From Oceanispirochaeta sp. (GTDB lineage: Bacteria > Spirochaetota > Spirochaetia > DSM-2461), in the NCBI GenBank assembly GCA_963663385.2, contig CAXXXD010000002.1, positions 384,001 through 448,000 of the forward strand: a stretch of DNA of 64,000 nt, read 5' to 3'. The translations under genes were made by a program, and so were the position numbers. Shown here piece by piece: positions 20,492-30,746 of this stretch. The notes beneath the pieces are model-generated. The model was not told the origin of the DNA, did not search any database, and saw only the letters and a program-made list of their open reading frames with translations. Position 1 is the stretch's first letter, and every line of letters begins with the position of its first letter.

Positions 20492-21235
20492 TCAGATTTC
20501 TTTTGTCTCAACTCCCCCAGTCGTCATTTCCTTCTGAATCCTGTGGAAAAAATCAATGCGGTTTGTTGTAATGGAGTAAACTCCCAGTTTTAGAAATCGT
20601 CTCATTTCCTGCTCATTGTCAATGGTCCAGACCATAAGGGGGAGGCTTCGCGTCCGGGCGTAGCTCACCATCTCTTCCCGGCAGTAAAGGTAGTTGACAT
20701 TCAGACCGCAGCAACCCAGTTCGGATGCATTGTACACATTTCGTTCAACCGCAGCCGTATACTGATCTCCCTCACAGTCGAGCTCTTCATCATCCACATT
20801 CAGCAGAACCCGGGCATGGGGCAGATGTTCCCTGATATAAAGGATTTCTTTTCTGCCGCAACCGGAAAAGAGGATCTCTTTTGCCATATCCAGTTTCCTG
20901 ATATCGGAGATTGCCGGATCGGCGGCTTCTGTCTCTTTCAGATCCAGATTCATAAACAGTTTATGTTTATGGCAGAATTCCATGGCCTGGGAGAGGGTCA
21001 GCAATCCCGGCTTAACTGCCAGAAGACGTTCCAGCGGTGCATCTTTGATAAGCAGGGAATTGTCTCCGATCCTAACATCCGGATTATGATGCAGAACCGC
21101 TATTCCATCCGAAGTCCGGCGGACATCCACTTCAACCACATCAGGTTTTTTTTCTGCCGCCAGATCCAGATAGGACTGGCTGTTGGGGACTCTGTCCTGG
21201 GCGCCGCTGTGCAAAGTTACGATTGTATGCATCAT
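20492..21235 (-). CDS. Glycerophosphodiester phosphodiesterase family protein
   Basis: H-S-G, EVDVRRTSDG..VLHH, NLDLKE, VWTID, SITTN. Confidence 0.88.
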   Translation of the reverse strand: MMHTIVTLHSGAQDRVPNSQSYLDLAAEKKPDVVEVDVRRTSDGIAVLHHNPDVRIGDNSLLIKDAPLERLLAVKPGLLTLSQAMEFCHKHKLFMNLDLKETEAADPAISDIRKLDMAKEILFSGCGRKEILYIREHLPHARVLLNVDDEELDCEGDQYTAAVERNVYNASELGCCGLNVNYLYCREEMVSYARTRSLPLMVWTIDNEQEMRRFLKLGVYSITTNRIDFFHRIQKEMTTGGVETKEI

Positions 21236-22062
21236 TTTAAACTCACTGAAAAGCCCTGGGTGTAGTACTTGTAGACATAGCTGGAAAAGAACAGTACGGG
21301 CAGTGTCGTCAGGAGGCCGATTCCCATCAGTTCACCCCAGAGGGTCTCATACTCCCCGATGTAATTGACAATGACCAGCGGTAGTGTCTGCAGGGATGGT
21401 GTTCTGATAAACAGAAGGGCAAACAGGAATTCATCCCAGGCCGCAATGACGCTGAAGATGGATGTGGCAATGATTCCTGTTCTTGCCAGAGGCAGAACAA
21501 TCCTCATCAGAATAAACAGACGGTTTGCCCCGTCGATCATGGCCGCTTCCTCGAATGTTTCGGGAAGGGCCTTCAGAAATCCGAAAATCATCCAGATACA
21601 GTAGGGGAGTGTATAAACCTGATACACAAGGATCAATCCCAGTCTGCTGTTTATCAGTCCCATCCTGATAAAAACGGAGTAGAGAGGAATGGCCAGAACA
21701 ACAGGAGGCAGGATCTTGACCACAAGAACCCAAACCAGAAACAGGGAATTGCCCATATACGGGAATCTGTGTCTCACGAGAGAGTAGGATGCCAGAGTGG
21801 AAAGGGTGAGTGACAGCAGGGTTGCTGTAACAGCAACCAGCAGGCTGTTAAACATATTCCTGAAAAATCCGGACTTTACAACACTTATATAGTTTTCCAG
21901 TGTAAAAACCTGGGGGATGATAGTCGGCCGGGGAGAAATCACCTCAACCGGGGTTTTCAGGGAAGTAACTGTTATCCAGTATATGGGGAAAAGGGTTACC
22001 AGGGTTATGATAATAAGGAGAACCCAGAAAAGAGGGTGTCTCTTTCTATTTGCAATACTCAT
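21232..22062 (-). CDS. Carbohydrate ABC permease
   Basis: LPETFEEAAMIDGA EAA loop; WDEFLFA. Confidence 0.92.
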   Translation of the reverse strand: MSIANRKRHPLFWVLLIIITLVTLFPIYWITVTSLKTPVEVISPRPTIIPQVFTLENYISVVKSGFFRNMFNSLLVAVTATLLSLTLSTLASYSLVRHRFPYMGNSLFLVWVLVVKILPPVVLAIPLYSVFIRMGLINSRLGLILVYQVYTLPYCIWMIFGFLKALPETFEEAAMIDGANRLFILMRIVLPLARTGIIATSIFSVIAAWDEFLFALLFIRTPSLQTLPLVIVNYIGEYETLWGELMGIGLLTTLPVLFFSSYVYKYYTQGFSVSLK

Positions 22063-22066
22063 TCAA

Positions 22067-22939
22067 TTAGTCCTTCTTTAGGATTTTACGGATGTAGATA
22101 AAGGAAATACCAGCTACAACAAGCAGTACGTAAATTGAGGCGGTAGATGCTTTGCCAAGGTTGAAGTAGGAGAATCCTTCTCTGTATATGTAATAGGACA
22201 GGGTTTCTGTTGAGTTTCCCGGTCCTCCCTGAGTCAGGGCATATACCTTTCCGAAAAGTTTGAAAGTATCAATTGTCCGCAGCATGATAAGCAGCATAAT
22301 CTGGTCGGACAGGATGGGCATGGTAATGGAAAAAACGGTTTTAAGATAACTGGCCCCGTCTATCTGGGCTGCTTCGAAAATCTCTTCGGGTATGGAACCC
22401 ATGGCAGCCTGCATCATAATAAAGGCAAAGGGAGTCCACTGCCAGATATCGACGATAACAATGGAAAAAAGCGCCTTGCTCTGATCGATCAGCCACCCTA
22501 TGGGTTGCGCTCCCGTTTCCCGCAGAAGGAAGTTAATCAGACCTATATCGTAATGGTAGAGGGTTTTCCATACTGCGCAGATAACCATGGACGAGATCAT
22601 CATGGGGAAGATAACAATGATCATAAAGGTCTTTTTTCCCCGGAAGTGCCCGTAAAACAACAGGGCCAGCACTATACCGAGGACTACCTCGCCTGCCGTA
22701 GCCAGAACAGAGAATACAAGGGTATTTCTGAAGGCTTCCCTGAAAAGGTTCTCTCCCAGGAGGCTGAAGTAGTTGCCCAGGCCTATAAAGGTTTTTTCAT
22801 CGCTCAGGTAGTTGTACTTGAAGAATGAGAGGGACAATACATTCAATACCGGATAGATTGTCAGCCAGAGCATAACGAGAAAAGCCGGCAGAATTATCAG
22901 ATAAAAGAATCCGGACTTTTGATATTTATTTTGAGTCAT
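22067..22939 (-). CDS. Carbohydrate ABC permease
   Basis: DIWQWTPF; IPEEIFEAAQIDGA; TQGGPG. Confidence 0.92.
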   Translation of the reverse strand: MTQNKYQKSGFFYLIILPAFLVMLWLTIYPVLNVLSLSFFKYNYLSDEKTFIGLGNYFSLLGENLFREAFRNTLVFSVLATAGEVVLGIVLALLFYGHFRGKKTFMIIVIFPMMISSMVICAVWKTLYHYDIGLINFLLRETGAQPIGWLIDQSKALFSIVIVDIWQWTPFAFIMMQAAMGSIPEEIFEAAQIDGASYLKTVFSITMPILSDQIMLLIMLRTIDTFKLFGKVYALTQGGPGNSTETLSYYIYREGFSYFNLGKASTASIYVLLVVAGISFIYIRKILKKD

Positions 22940-22959
22940 TTTTTATTACTCCAGATATA

Positions 22960-23150
22960 GGGGGGCTTTCCCCTCTCCCTCGACTCCGCTCGGGAGTCGA
23001 GGGGCATCAATACTTTATTCTATTGTCTTCTCCCCTTCGGGGGAGATGGTCTGAATCTCACCTCTCTCCCGCCCCTCTCAATCTCCCCGAAGGGGAGACG
23101 TCAATTCGGTTTCCCTCCCTTGGAGGGATTAAGGGAGGCAGGGAGAGGGA
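22960..23150. repeat. Cluster of REP-like hairpins inside the ABC operon
   Basis: CCCTCGACTCCGCTCGGGAGTCGAGGG hairpin; inverted pair TCTCCCCTTCGGGGGAGA / TCTCCCCGAAGGGGAGA; CCCTCCCTTGGAGGGATTAAGGG. Confidence 0.65.
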
Positions 23151-23155
23151 TTTTA

Positions 23156-24436
23156 TTATTTAAGGACCTCGGTTATGCCTTTTTCGGCGGAGGCGAGGGC
23201 TTCTTCTGCGGTCATTTCACCAATCAGGGCAAACTGAAGGGCTGTTCCCATCTGGTCTTCAATCTCTTTCCATTTGGTTGTTCTGGTACGGGCAACACCG
23301 TTGTTCAGAGCATCCAGCTGGGCGGGATACCAGGGGTACTTTTTCGTCAGGGCGGAGCTTTCGTACACCGATGCTATTGTGGGAGGATTACCAAACTGCA
23401 TGGCCATCTCGTCCTGTACGTCCTTGCTGGTGGCAAAGTTTATGAAATCAAAGGCGGCATCCTTGTTTTTTGACGCTTCAGGAATGGCGATCATCCAGAC
23501 ACCGATCATGGGAGAGGATTTTTCAACCTGTCCGGGGTGTTTGATAACCTTTACTTTTCCTACAACCGCAGATTCGTTGGGGTCTTCCAGTTTATCGATC
23601 CAGCCGGGCCATACTTCTGTTACAACAGCAGCTTTACCGGAGTAGATAGCATCTTTAACCTGGGCGGACTGATACATGGATACACCCTCTGGGGCATATT
23701 GGGCCAGTTCCAGGAAGTAGTTGAGGGCATTAAGCGCTTCGGGAGAGTTTACGGTAACATTCCCGTCGGCATCCAGAATCTTGGCGCCGAAAGACCAGAA
23801 AATGGGCAGGAACCCGGTTACAATAGGATTCCCTTTGCTTCCGCGGAATACAACGCCGTTTACATCGGCTTCGTTGTCATTGATGGTTTTAACAGCTGTC
23901 ATTACCTGGTCCCATGTCTCGGGGGCTTCCAGATTATATTTGGCAAAAAGATCTGTTCTGTAGGCAAAAAGTTCAACATTTCCTGCAAAAGGAAGAGCAA
24001 AGAGAGGGCTGTTGTCTGTGTAGGGGAATCTTCCCAGTTTAAGAGCGGAGCCGATAAAACCGGAATCGACGGAAGATCCGGTTTTTTTGTATAAATCGCT
24101 CAGATTGGCAAGCCAGCCGACTTTCTGAAACTGTGTGATGTTGGGGTCGTCAATCAGGATCACATCGTATGTTCCCAGACCGCTTTTCATATCGATTACG
24201 GATTTTTCAAAAAGGCTGCTGCCGGATAGTTTAAGGAGTTCGAAATCCACATTGGGATTCTGTGCCGCATAACTGTCTACTGCCAACTGCATGGAATCAC
24301 CGTAGGATCCATCGCGTCCTGCCACCGTAAGGGTAACCTTTTTTGCACCAGCTCCCGCTTCCGCTTCCTGCTGCCCGTTTGAAAAGGCAGAGAAAACAAG
24401 CAGAGCCATTAAACTAATAGTAAAAATCTTTTTCAT
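23156..24436 (-). CDS. Carbohydrate ABC solute-binding protein (family 1)
   Basis: Signal peptide; YRTDLFAKYNLEAPETWDQ; first gene of the permease-permease-GDPD operon. Confidence 0.9.
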   Translation of the reverse strand: MKKIFTISLMALLVFSAFSNGQQEAEAGAGAKKVTLTVAGRDGSYGDSMQLAVDSYAAQNPNVDFELLKLSGSSLFEKSVIDMKSGLGTYDVILIDDPNITQFQKVGWLANLSDLYKKTGSSVDSGFIGSALKLGRFPYTDNSPLFALPFAGNVELFAYRTDLFAKYNLEAPETWDQVMTAVKTINDNEADVNGVVFRGSKGNPIVTGFLPIFWSFGAKILDADGNVTVNSPEALNALNYFLELAQYAPEGVSMYQSAQVKDAIYSGKAAVVTEVWPGWIDKLEDPNESAVVGKVKVIKHPGQVEKSSPMIGVWMIAIPEASKNKDAAFDFINFATSKDVQDEMAMQFGNPPTIASVYESSALTKKYPWYPAQLDALNNGVARTRTTKWKEIEDQMGTALQFALIGEMTAEEALASAEKGITEVLK

Positions 24437-24573
24437 AAGTTCCTCCGGGAAAAATCTTAAGCCTATTCAAGGATTCCAGGCAATATATTTTTTTGCTTCA
24501 CTTATCTAGTATGGATGACTTAATATGTTAAAATTGCTTATTAAGCAGTAAAAAACATCAGAAAGGCGGAATA

Positions 24574-25533
24574 ATGGGCGGAAAGCACAGGTTAAAGAGG
24601 CATGATCTTGTAAAGTCCCTCTTCTTTTTGTTCTCTCAGGAGTACGATTCCCGAAAGGACGAATCCATTCTGGATATTCAGATCCCCATCAATCAGGTAA
24701 TCGAATACCTTCAGGAGCGTTTTTCCGTTTCCTATTCGGGGGATAACTGGATTTTTACCCAGATCCGCAATTATGAGGAAGAGATCGGATACCGTCTTTT
24801 TCAGAAGGAAAAGAACAGTGACGGCGGTTTTTCATTAAGGCTCTATACAAAGATGGAGGCTTTTGAACAGAAACGGCACCTCTATGTTTCCCAGAAGCTC
24901 AAGGTCTGTAATGCCCTTTATGATATGATCAGCAATACTGTCGAGTTCCCGGGTCAGAAAAAGACGGTGAAACTCTTTCTGGGCGCTGGAAGCACGCTTT
25001 TCCATCTGGCTCAGATCCTGGCGGAGAAGGATGCGTCTCTACCCTTCTCTCTGGAGATATACTCCCACAATATCAGTGTCATAAACTGTTTTCTTTCATC
25101 CCGGGTGGATCCCGAGCATATAAAGGTACGTATTCCCGGAGGAGATCTTGATCCTGTTACGAACTCCATCATCAGCCCGTCCATGAATCTTTACGGCGAC
25201 ATCGACTTCGATTACATTGTTCAGGGTGCTTCCTATCTGACAGATGGAGCTGTTTATGTGGAGAGCCTTGTTGAAACGGAGTTGAAAAAGAGTATCCTCC
25301 ATAAGAGCAGAGGGAAGAAGGTCCTGATCCTGACAGGCCATGAAGTCCGGCCCCAGCTCCCTATTGAAACGCCGCCCTTTGGTCGTTTGCAGGATTATGA
25401 TTACCTTGTTATTCCTCATAACCGGAACAGGGCCCTGAAAAACCTGGATCAGATGCTTCTGGATTTTGAAAGGATACTGAAACCGGAGATCCTGAACTGG
25501 AACTACCGGATTTATCAGATTGATGCGGAATAA
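24574..25533 (+). CDS. DeoR/GlpR-like regulator with atypical N-terminus
   Basis: C-terminal half resembles the DeoR sugar-phosphate sensor (LFLGAGSTLFHLA, YSHN, GG, E..LKKSIL); divergent from the ABC operon. Confidence 0.6.
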   Translation: MGGKHRLKRHDLVKSLFFLFSQEYDSRKDESILDIQIPINQVIEYLQERFSVSYSGDNWIFTQIRNYEEEIGYRLFQKEKNSDGGFSLRLYTKMEAFEQKRHLYVSQKLKVCNALYDMISNTVEFPGQKKTVKLFLGAGSTLFHLAQILAEKDASLPFSLEIYSHNISVINCFLSSRVDPEHIKVRIPGGDLDPVTNSIISPSMNLYGDIDFDYIVQGASYLTDGAVYVESLVETELKKSILHKSRGKKVLILTGHEVRPQLPIETPPFGRLQDYDYLVIPHNRNRALKNLDQMLLDFERILKPEILNWNYRIYQIDAE

Positions 25534-25652
25534 TCGTCAGGAAACACCAATCTCTTTCCATTGACAAAATTCCCTTAAACCTTATTCTTTAGATATACTC
25601 AAAATTTTATCCCCTCCGGGACAGAAAATATCTAAGGTAAAGGAACGCAGTT

Positions 25653-26663
25653 GTGGCGGTAACCATAAAAGATATAGCTAAAATTGCAGGCGTAACGCAT
25701 TCTACCGTTTCCCGCTGTTTAAACGACAAACCCGGTGTGTCAGATAGTGTACGGGCGGAAATCAAGAAAATAGCCGCCGATCTGGGATTTGAATTCAATG
25801 CCAATGCCAGAGGGCTTAATACCAGCCGGACCGGTACAATCGGAATTATTATGAACGAAGACCTGGGAGACGGCAATCTTCACTTTTTTTCCAACTCCTT
25901 TCTGAGTCAGATTCGAAACATTCTGGAAAAAGCAGATCTGGATATGCTGACTTCCTTTTCAAGAAACAGCATTAATCAAAAGGATAATATAAAAAAACTG
26001 GTAAACAGAAGAAAGGTTGACGGGCTGATTCTGCTCTGCTCCTCTATTACAAAAGACTCTGTGGATTTTCTGAGAGCCTCCAAAACCCCCTTCATTTTTT
26101 CCCACCAGATACCCTCCCGTCATTTTGGAGAGGTTAATGCTGTGTATTGTGATCATATGAAAGGGGGATATCAGGCGGTAAAGCATCTGATAGACCGGGG
26201 CCGGAGGAATATCATCTGTGTAAAACGGAAGGATAACCGGACAGAATTTCAGATGAGAACAGACGGGTATATTAAAGCGCTGAATGATCACGGACTGCCA
26301 TATCGTCCGGAATACATTCTTTCCGGCGGTTCCACCCTGGACTGCGGGCGGGAAATAATGGCCGGTATTGAGCCTTTCCTGGGGGAGATTGACGGGATTT
26401 TCGCCCATACAGATCTTCTGGCTCTGGCTCTTTTGAAAGAGTTCAGGCATAGGGGAATACGTATCCCCGAGGATATCTCCCTTATAGGTTACGATAATAT
26501 TGAGCTTTGCACCTATGTTGAACCGAACTTGAGCTCAATAAATCAACCGTCCCGGGATATTTCCGTACAAACCTGCGAAATCCTTATCCGCCAGTTAAAT
26601 GGGACTGTTGCGCCGGATATAAGGGTAATCCCTCCCGAACTGATTGTCCGCTCTTCTTCCTGA
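25653..26663 (+). CDS. LacI-family transcriptional regulator
   Basis: TIKDIAKIAGVTHSTVSRCLN HTH; IPEDISLIGYDN; LIVRSS. Confidence 0.95.
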   Translation: MAVTIKDIAKIAGVTHSTVSRCLNDKPGVSDSVRAEIKKIAADLGFEFNANARGLNTSRTGTIGIIMNEDLGDGNLHFFSNSFLSQIRNILEKADLDMLTSFSRNSINQKDNIKKLVNRRKVDGLILLCSSITKDSVDFLRASKTPFIFSHQIPSRHFGEVNAVYCDHMKGGYQAVKHLIDRGRRNIICVKRKDNRTEFQMRTDGYIKALNDHGLPYRPEYILSGGSTLDCGREIMAGIEPFLGEIDGIFAHTDLLALALLKEFRHRGIRIPEDISLIGYDNIELCTYVEPNLSSINQPSRDISVQTCEILIRQLNGTVAPDIRVIPPELIVRSSS

Positions 26664-26679
26664 TAAATAAAACTTTTTC

Positions 26680-26762
26680 TTTACAAATAGGAAAACCGGC
26701 TCTATTATAGAATACGCACACGTGTGAGAGAATGAATTGCTATTAACTCACACGTGTGCGTA
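26680..26762 (+). promoter_or_regulatory. Promoter with twin CACACGTGTG operators for the afu-like operon
   Basis: TTTACA-17-TATTAT, then TACGCACACGTGTGAG (26713-26728) and CTCACACGTGTGCGTA (26747-26762). Confidence 0.78.
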
Positions 26763-26777
26763 TATTTAGGAGGATTT

Positions 26778-27839
26778 ATGAGAACTAAAATTATTGCTGC
26801 AGTGTCTGTTGCACTGGTCACTGTCTGTCTGCTGGCAGGCTGTGAGAAGAAATCGGAGAGTAGCGCTGATGGATCAGCAGTGAAACAATCTAAAGAATTG
26901 ACCATGTATTGTGCTCTGCCTGAGACGGAGATCCCTTCATTTATAGATGCATTTAAAGAAGATACCGGTATAACAGTCAATTTTGTACGTCTTTCCGCCG
27001 GGGAGATCCTTTCCAAAATCCAGGTTGAAAAGAATAATCCTCAGGCCAGTATCTGGTATGGTGGAAACTGTGACTCCTTTATTGCCGCAGCCAACAATGA
27101 TCTTCTGGAAGCCTACCGGTCACCCGAACTGGCGAATATTCCCGAAGCTTATCAGGATCCCATTGGATACTGGTCTCCCGTTTATGTGGGCGCCCTTGCT
27201 TTTGCTGTTGATAAAGACTGGTTTGCCTCAAAAGGTCTGGAATACCCCAAATCCTGGAAGGATCTGCTGAAACCGGAATTTGAAGGACAGATATCCATGG
27301 CTCACCCCGGATCTTCCGGTACGGCATACACTATTCTGGCTACCATGGTTCAGATGCTGGGAGAAGAAGAAGCCATGGCTTATATGAAAGAACTGAATAA
27401 AAATATCCGTCAGTATACCAAATCAGGTTCCGCTCCTCCCAAGAATGTTGGTTTGGGTGAAGCCGCTATCGGTCTGGCATTCTCTCATGACTGTCTGAAA
27501 CCGGCTGTTCAGGGTTATCCTGTAGAAGTGTCTTTCGCCAATGACGGAACAGGTTATGAAATCGGCGCCATTGCCATGATTAAAAACGGTCCGGAAGATG
27601 AAGTGGAAAATGCCAAAGCATTTATTGACTGGGTACTGAGCAAGAAGGGGCAGGATATTTACTCTACCAACAACTCCTTCAGACTTCCTGTCAACTCCAC
27701 TGCCGTAGTTCCGGATGGAGCCATCAATATCAGTGATCTTCCCGTAATTGAATATGATTTCCTTTGGGCCGGAGAAAACAGAACCCGTCTGATTGATAAA
27801 TTCTCGGAAGTTGTAGCTGCAAAAGAAAATTTAAAATAA
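26778..27839 (+). CDS. AfuA/FbpA-family ABC solute-binding lipoprotein (probably sugar-phosphate)
   Basis: LAGC lipobox; RLSAGE, HPGSSGTAY, YTKSGSAP, FSHD and GTGYEIG motifs; ATG at 26778 follows AGGAGG. Confidence 0.85.
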   Translation: MRTKIIAAVSVALVTVCLLAGCEKKSESSADGSAVKQSKELTMYCALPETEIPSFIDAFKEDTGITVNFVRLSAGEILSKIQVEKNNPQASIWYGGNCDSFIAAANNDLLEAYRSPELANIPEAYQDPIGYWSPVYVGALAFAVDKDWFASKGLEYPKSWKDLLKPEFEGQISMAHPGSSGTAYTILATMVQMLGEEEAMAYMKELNKNIRQYTKSGSAPPKNVGLGEAAIGLAFSHDCLKPAVQGYPVEVSFANDGTGYEIGAIAMIKNGPEDEVENAKAFIDWVLSKKGQDIYSTNNSFRLPVNSTAVVPDGAINISDLPVIEYDFLWAGENRTRLIDKFSEVVAAKENLK

Positions 27840-27902
27840 ATACTAATGGAACGGTCCTTTTACTGCATTCAGGGCCGTTCCTGTCTCATTCAGGAATAAA
27901 TC

Positions 27903-29591
27903 ATGAATAATCGCACCAAAGATTTTATATGGAAGCTGAATATGCTGCGGAAAGAGCCTTTGCTTGTTCTGCTGATCTTTATTATCTTGTCAGCTCTAAC
28001 CATTTTTGTAATTTTCCCGCTGATCATGATCGTCCGTTACAGCATTACGACTGATGACGGCGGTTACAGTATTCGTACTATTGTAGATGTAATAAAAAAC
28101 AGTTCTTACAGACTGACTTTTATGAACAGTATCAAATTGGGAGTAATCGCTGCGCTTATAGCCACAGTGATCGGATATATATTTGCTTTTACCATTACTA
28201 GAACAGAGGTCCCCTGCAAAGGTTTTCTTAAAACCATGGCGACCCTGCCTATCATATCGCCGCCTTTCGTTCTGTCCCTGTCCATAATCTTTCTTTTTGG
28301 TCGAAAGGGGCTGATCACTAACGGGCTGTTCGGATTGACAGACTTTAACGTATACGGAATGCACAGTCTGATACTGGTTCAGTCACTCTCCTTTTTTCCT
28401 GTTGCCTATCTGACCCTGACGGGGATTCTGGAAGCAATCGATTCTTCAGTGGAAGATGCCGCGCTGAATCTGGGGGCTTCCAGGTGGAAAATTTTCTGGA
28501 CTGTAACATTTCCCCTGTCCCTTCCCGGGATTTTCAGTGCCCTGCTGCTTGTTTTTATCCAGTCTCTTCAGGATTTCAGCAATCCTGCTGTAATCGGGGG
28601 GGGATTCCCCACTCTGGGTGTGGAAGCCTATCGGGTTATTACGGGAATGTACGATCTCAGAACCGGTGCCATCCTTTCGGTAATGCTCCTTCTTCCGAGT
28701 CTGGCAGCTTTCCTGCTGCAGAAGTACTGGGTAAGTGGAAAGGGATTTGTCACTGTAACGGGTAAACCATCCCAAAACCGTACGAAGATTGACCAGAAAC
28801 ATATTGTGATTCCGCTTTTTGGTGCCTGTCTGCTGCTCTGTGCCGTTATTGTCCTGTTCTACGGGACTGTAATTGTAGGTGCTTTTGTTAAAGTCTGGGG
28901 AATTAATTACAGCGTTACTCTGGATCATTTCCGCTATGTATTCTCAATCGGATTCAAGCCTCTGAAAAATGCTGTGATCCTGGCTCTGGCAGCAACTCCC
29001 ATTGCGGGACTGACAGGTATGGCCATCGCTTTCCTGACGGTCCGGAAAAAGTTTATCGGCAAGGGGTATATGAGCCTGGCTTCCCTTCTGACCTTTGCTC
29101 TGCCCGGTACGGTTGTCGGTATCAGTTACATCCTGGCATTCAATGACCGGCCCTTCCTTTTAACGGGGACTGCTTTTATCCTGATCTGTGTCTTTGTATT
29201 CAGGAATCTTCCGGTAGGGATTGAGGGGGCGACATCGGCTCTGATGCAGATTGATCCATCCATTGAGGAAGCGTCTGTGAATATGGGAGCAAACAGTTTT
29301 CAGACCTTCTTCTATGTTACTCTTCCCTTGATAAAGGGAGCCTTTTTCTCCGGCCTGGTTTACTCCTTTGTAAAAGCCATGACGGCGGTAAGCGCCATTA
29401 TCTTTCTTGTCTCGGCAAAATGGAACGTGGTTACCACCAGGATTTTCTCTCTGTTTGAAGTGAGTCAGTATAGTGATGCCGCTGCCTACATTGTCATTAT
29501 GATCTTTGTCATTATGGCAGCCATCTATGTTCTGAACTTCCTGGTTAATAGAATAAATTCTCCCCAAAAAGTTGTAAAAGCTAAGAGCTAA
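27903..29591 (+). CDS. AfuB/FbpB-type fused ABC permease
   Basis: Two EAA loops (EDAALNLGA, EEASVNMGA). Confidence 0.9.
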   Translation: MNNRTKDFIWKLNMLRKEPLLVLLIFIILSALTIFVIFPLIMIVRYSITTDDGGYSIRTIVDVIKNSSYRLTFMNSIKLGVIAALIATVIGYIFAFTITRTEVPCKGFLKTMATLPIISPPFVLSLSIIFLFGRKGLITNGLFGLTDFNVYGMHSLILVQSLSFFPVAYLTLTGILEAIDSSVEDAALNLGASRWKIFWTVTFPLSLPGIFSALLLVFIQSLQDFSNPAVIGGGFPTLGVEAYRVITGMYDLRTGAILSVMLLLPSLAAFLLQKYWVSGKGFVTVTGKPSQNRTKIDQKHIVIPLFGACLLLCAVIVLFYGTVIVGAFVKVWGINYSVTLDHFRYVFSIGFKPLKNAVILALAATPIAGLTGMAIAFLTVRKKFIGKGYMSLASLLTFALPGTVVGISYILAFNDRPFLLTGTAFILICVFVFRNLPVGIEGATSALMQIDPSIEEASVNMGANSFQTFFYVTLPLIKGAFFSGLVYSFVKAMTAVSAIIFLVSAKWNVVTTRIFSLFEVSQYSDAAAYIVIMIFVIMAAIYVLNFLVNRINSPQKVVKAKS

Positions 29592-29603
29592 GAGGAATAA
29601 GCA

Positions 29604-30746
29604 ATGAGTAAAAATATGAGTATCGAAGAACAGATAAAAGCTCACAGCAGTAGTCTGAGGCTGAAAAATATTACAAAAACCTTCCCCAGTCTGGATGGCT
29701 CGGGAGATTTCACCGCAGTGGATTCCATCAATCTGGATATTAAGTCCGGAGAGCTGACAACCCTCCTGGGACCTTCCGGATGCGGTAAGACGACAACCCT
29801 CCGGATGGTGGCCGGATTTGAAAGCATTACATCGGGTTCTCTCCTTCTGGGAGAAGATTCTATTGAGAGTGTCCCCCCCAATAAGAGAGATATGGCCATG
29901 ATGTTCCAGAGTTATGCCCTGTTTCCCCATATGACTGTTTACAACAATATCCGTTATGGTCTTAAAATCCAGAAACTCCCCGAGAAGGAAATCCGGGAGC
30001 GAACGGAACAGATTATTGATCTGATGCAGATCCGCGGGCTGGAACACCGTCTGCCCTCCAATATCTCCGGCGGTCAGCAGCAGCGTGTAGCCCTGGCCCG
30101 TGCCGTTGTTATTGAACCGAAGGTACTTCTTTTTGATGAACCCCTCTCCAACCTGGATGCAAAACTGCGGGAGTATATGCGGGATGAGCTGAGGGCTCTC
30201 CAGAAACGCCTGGGAATTACCAGTCTCTATGTAACCCATGACCAGTCGGAAGCCATGGCTATTTCCGATAAGGTTGTTCTTATGAATAAGGGTAAAATCA
30301 TACAGGTCGGATCACCCAAGGAATTGTATAATGAGCCTGTTTCCCTGTTTGTCGCCGACTTTATCGGCAAATCCAACTTCCTGGACTGTCAGTCCGAGGG
30401 AATGTCTCAGGAATCGGCCATTGTGGAAATCCTGGGAAAGAAACTCTATCTGCCTGCTCCCGGAAAAGCCTATAAAGGCACAAAAGGCCGGATGACCGCT
30501 GTTGTCCGTCCCGAATCGGTTAAGGTCGGTCCTTCGGGTAAAGGTCTTTATGAAGGACGCATATGCAAAGCCGTATTCTTCGGAAATTATGTTGAGTATG
30601 ATGTCCAGGTGGGAGAAAAAAAACTTCGTGTAGAGGCTCCCCGTCCTCAGGAACAGGAACCTTTCCGGGTTGATGAGAGTGTGGGGATCTCCTTTGATCT
30701 GAACAGTGTCCGGCTTATAGACGAACTGCCGGAGAATATGGATTGA
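29604..30746 (+). CDS. ABC ATPase (AfuC/PotA-type, TOBE domain)
   Basis: GPSGCGKTT, ISGGQQQR, LLFDEPLSNLD. Confidence 0.94.
   Translation: MSKNMSIEEQIKAHSSSLRLKNITKTFPSLDGSGDFTAVDSINLDIKSGELTTLLGPSGCGKTTTLRMVAGFESITSGSLLLGEDSIESVPPNKRDMAMMFQSYALFPHMTVYNNIRYGLKIQKLPEKEIRERTEQIIDLMQIRGLEHRLPSNISGGQQQRVALARAVVIEPKVLLFDEPLSNLDAKLREYMRDELRALQKRLGITSLYVTHDQSEAMAISDKVVLMNKGKIIQVGSPKELYNEPVSLFVADFIGKSNFLDCQSEGMSQESAIVEILGKKLYLPAPGKAYKGTKGRMTAVVRPESVKVGPSGKGLYEGRICKAVFFGNYVEYDVQVGEKKLRVEAPRPQEQEPFRVDESVGISFDLNSVRLIDELPENMD

Noticed and set aside
22960..23150. Possible CRISPR array or structured RNA gene
   Set aside because: No regularly spaced identical repeats with unique spacers and no cas genes; better explained as REP-like hairpins.
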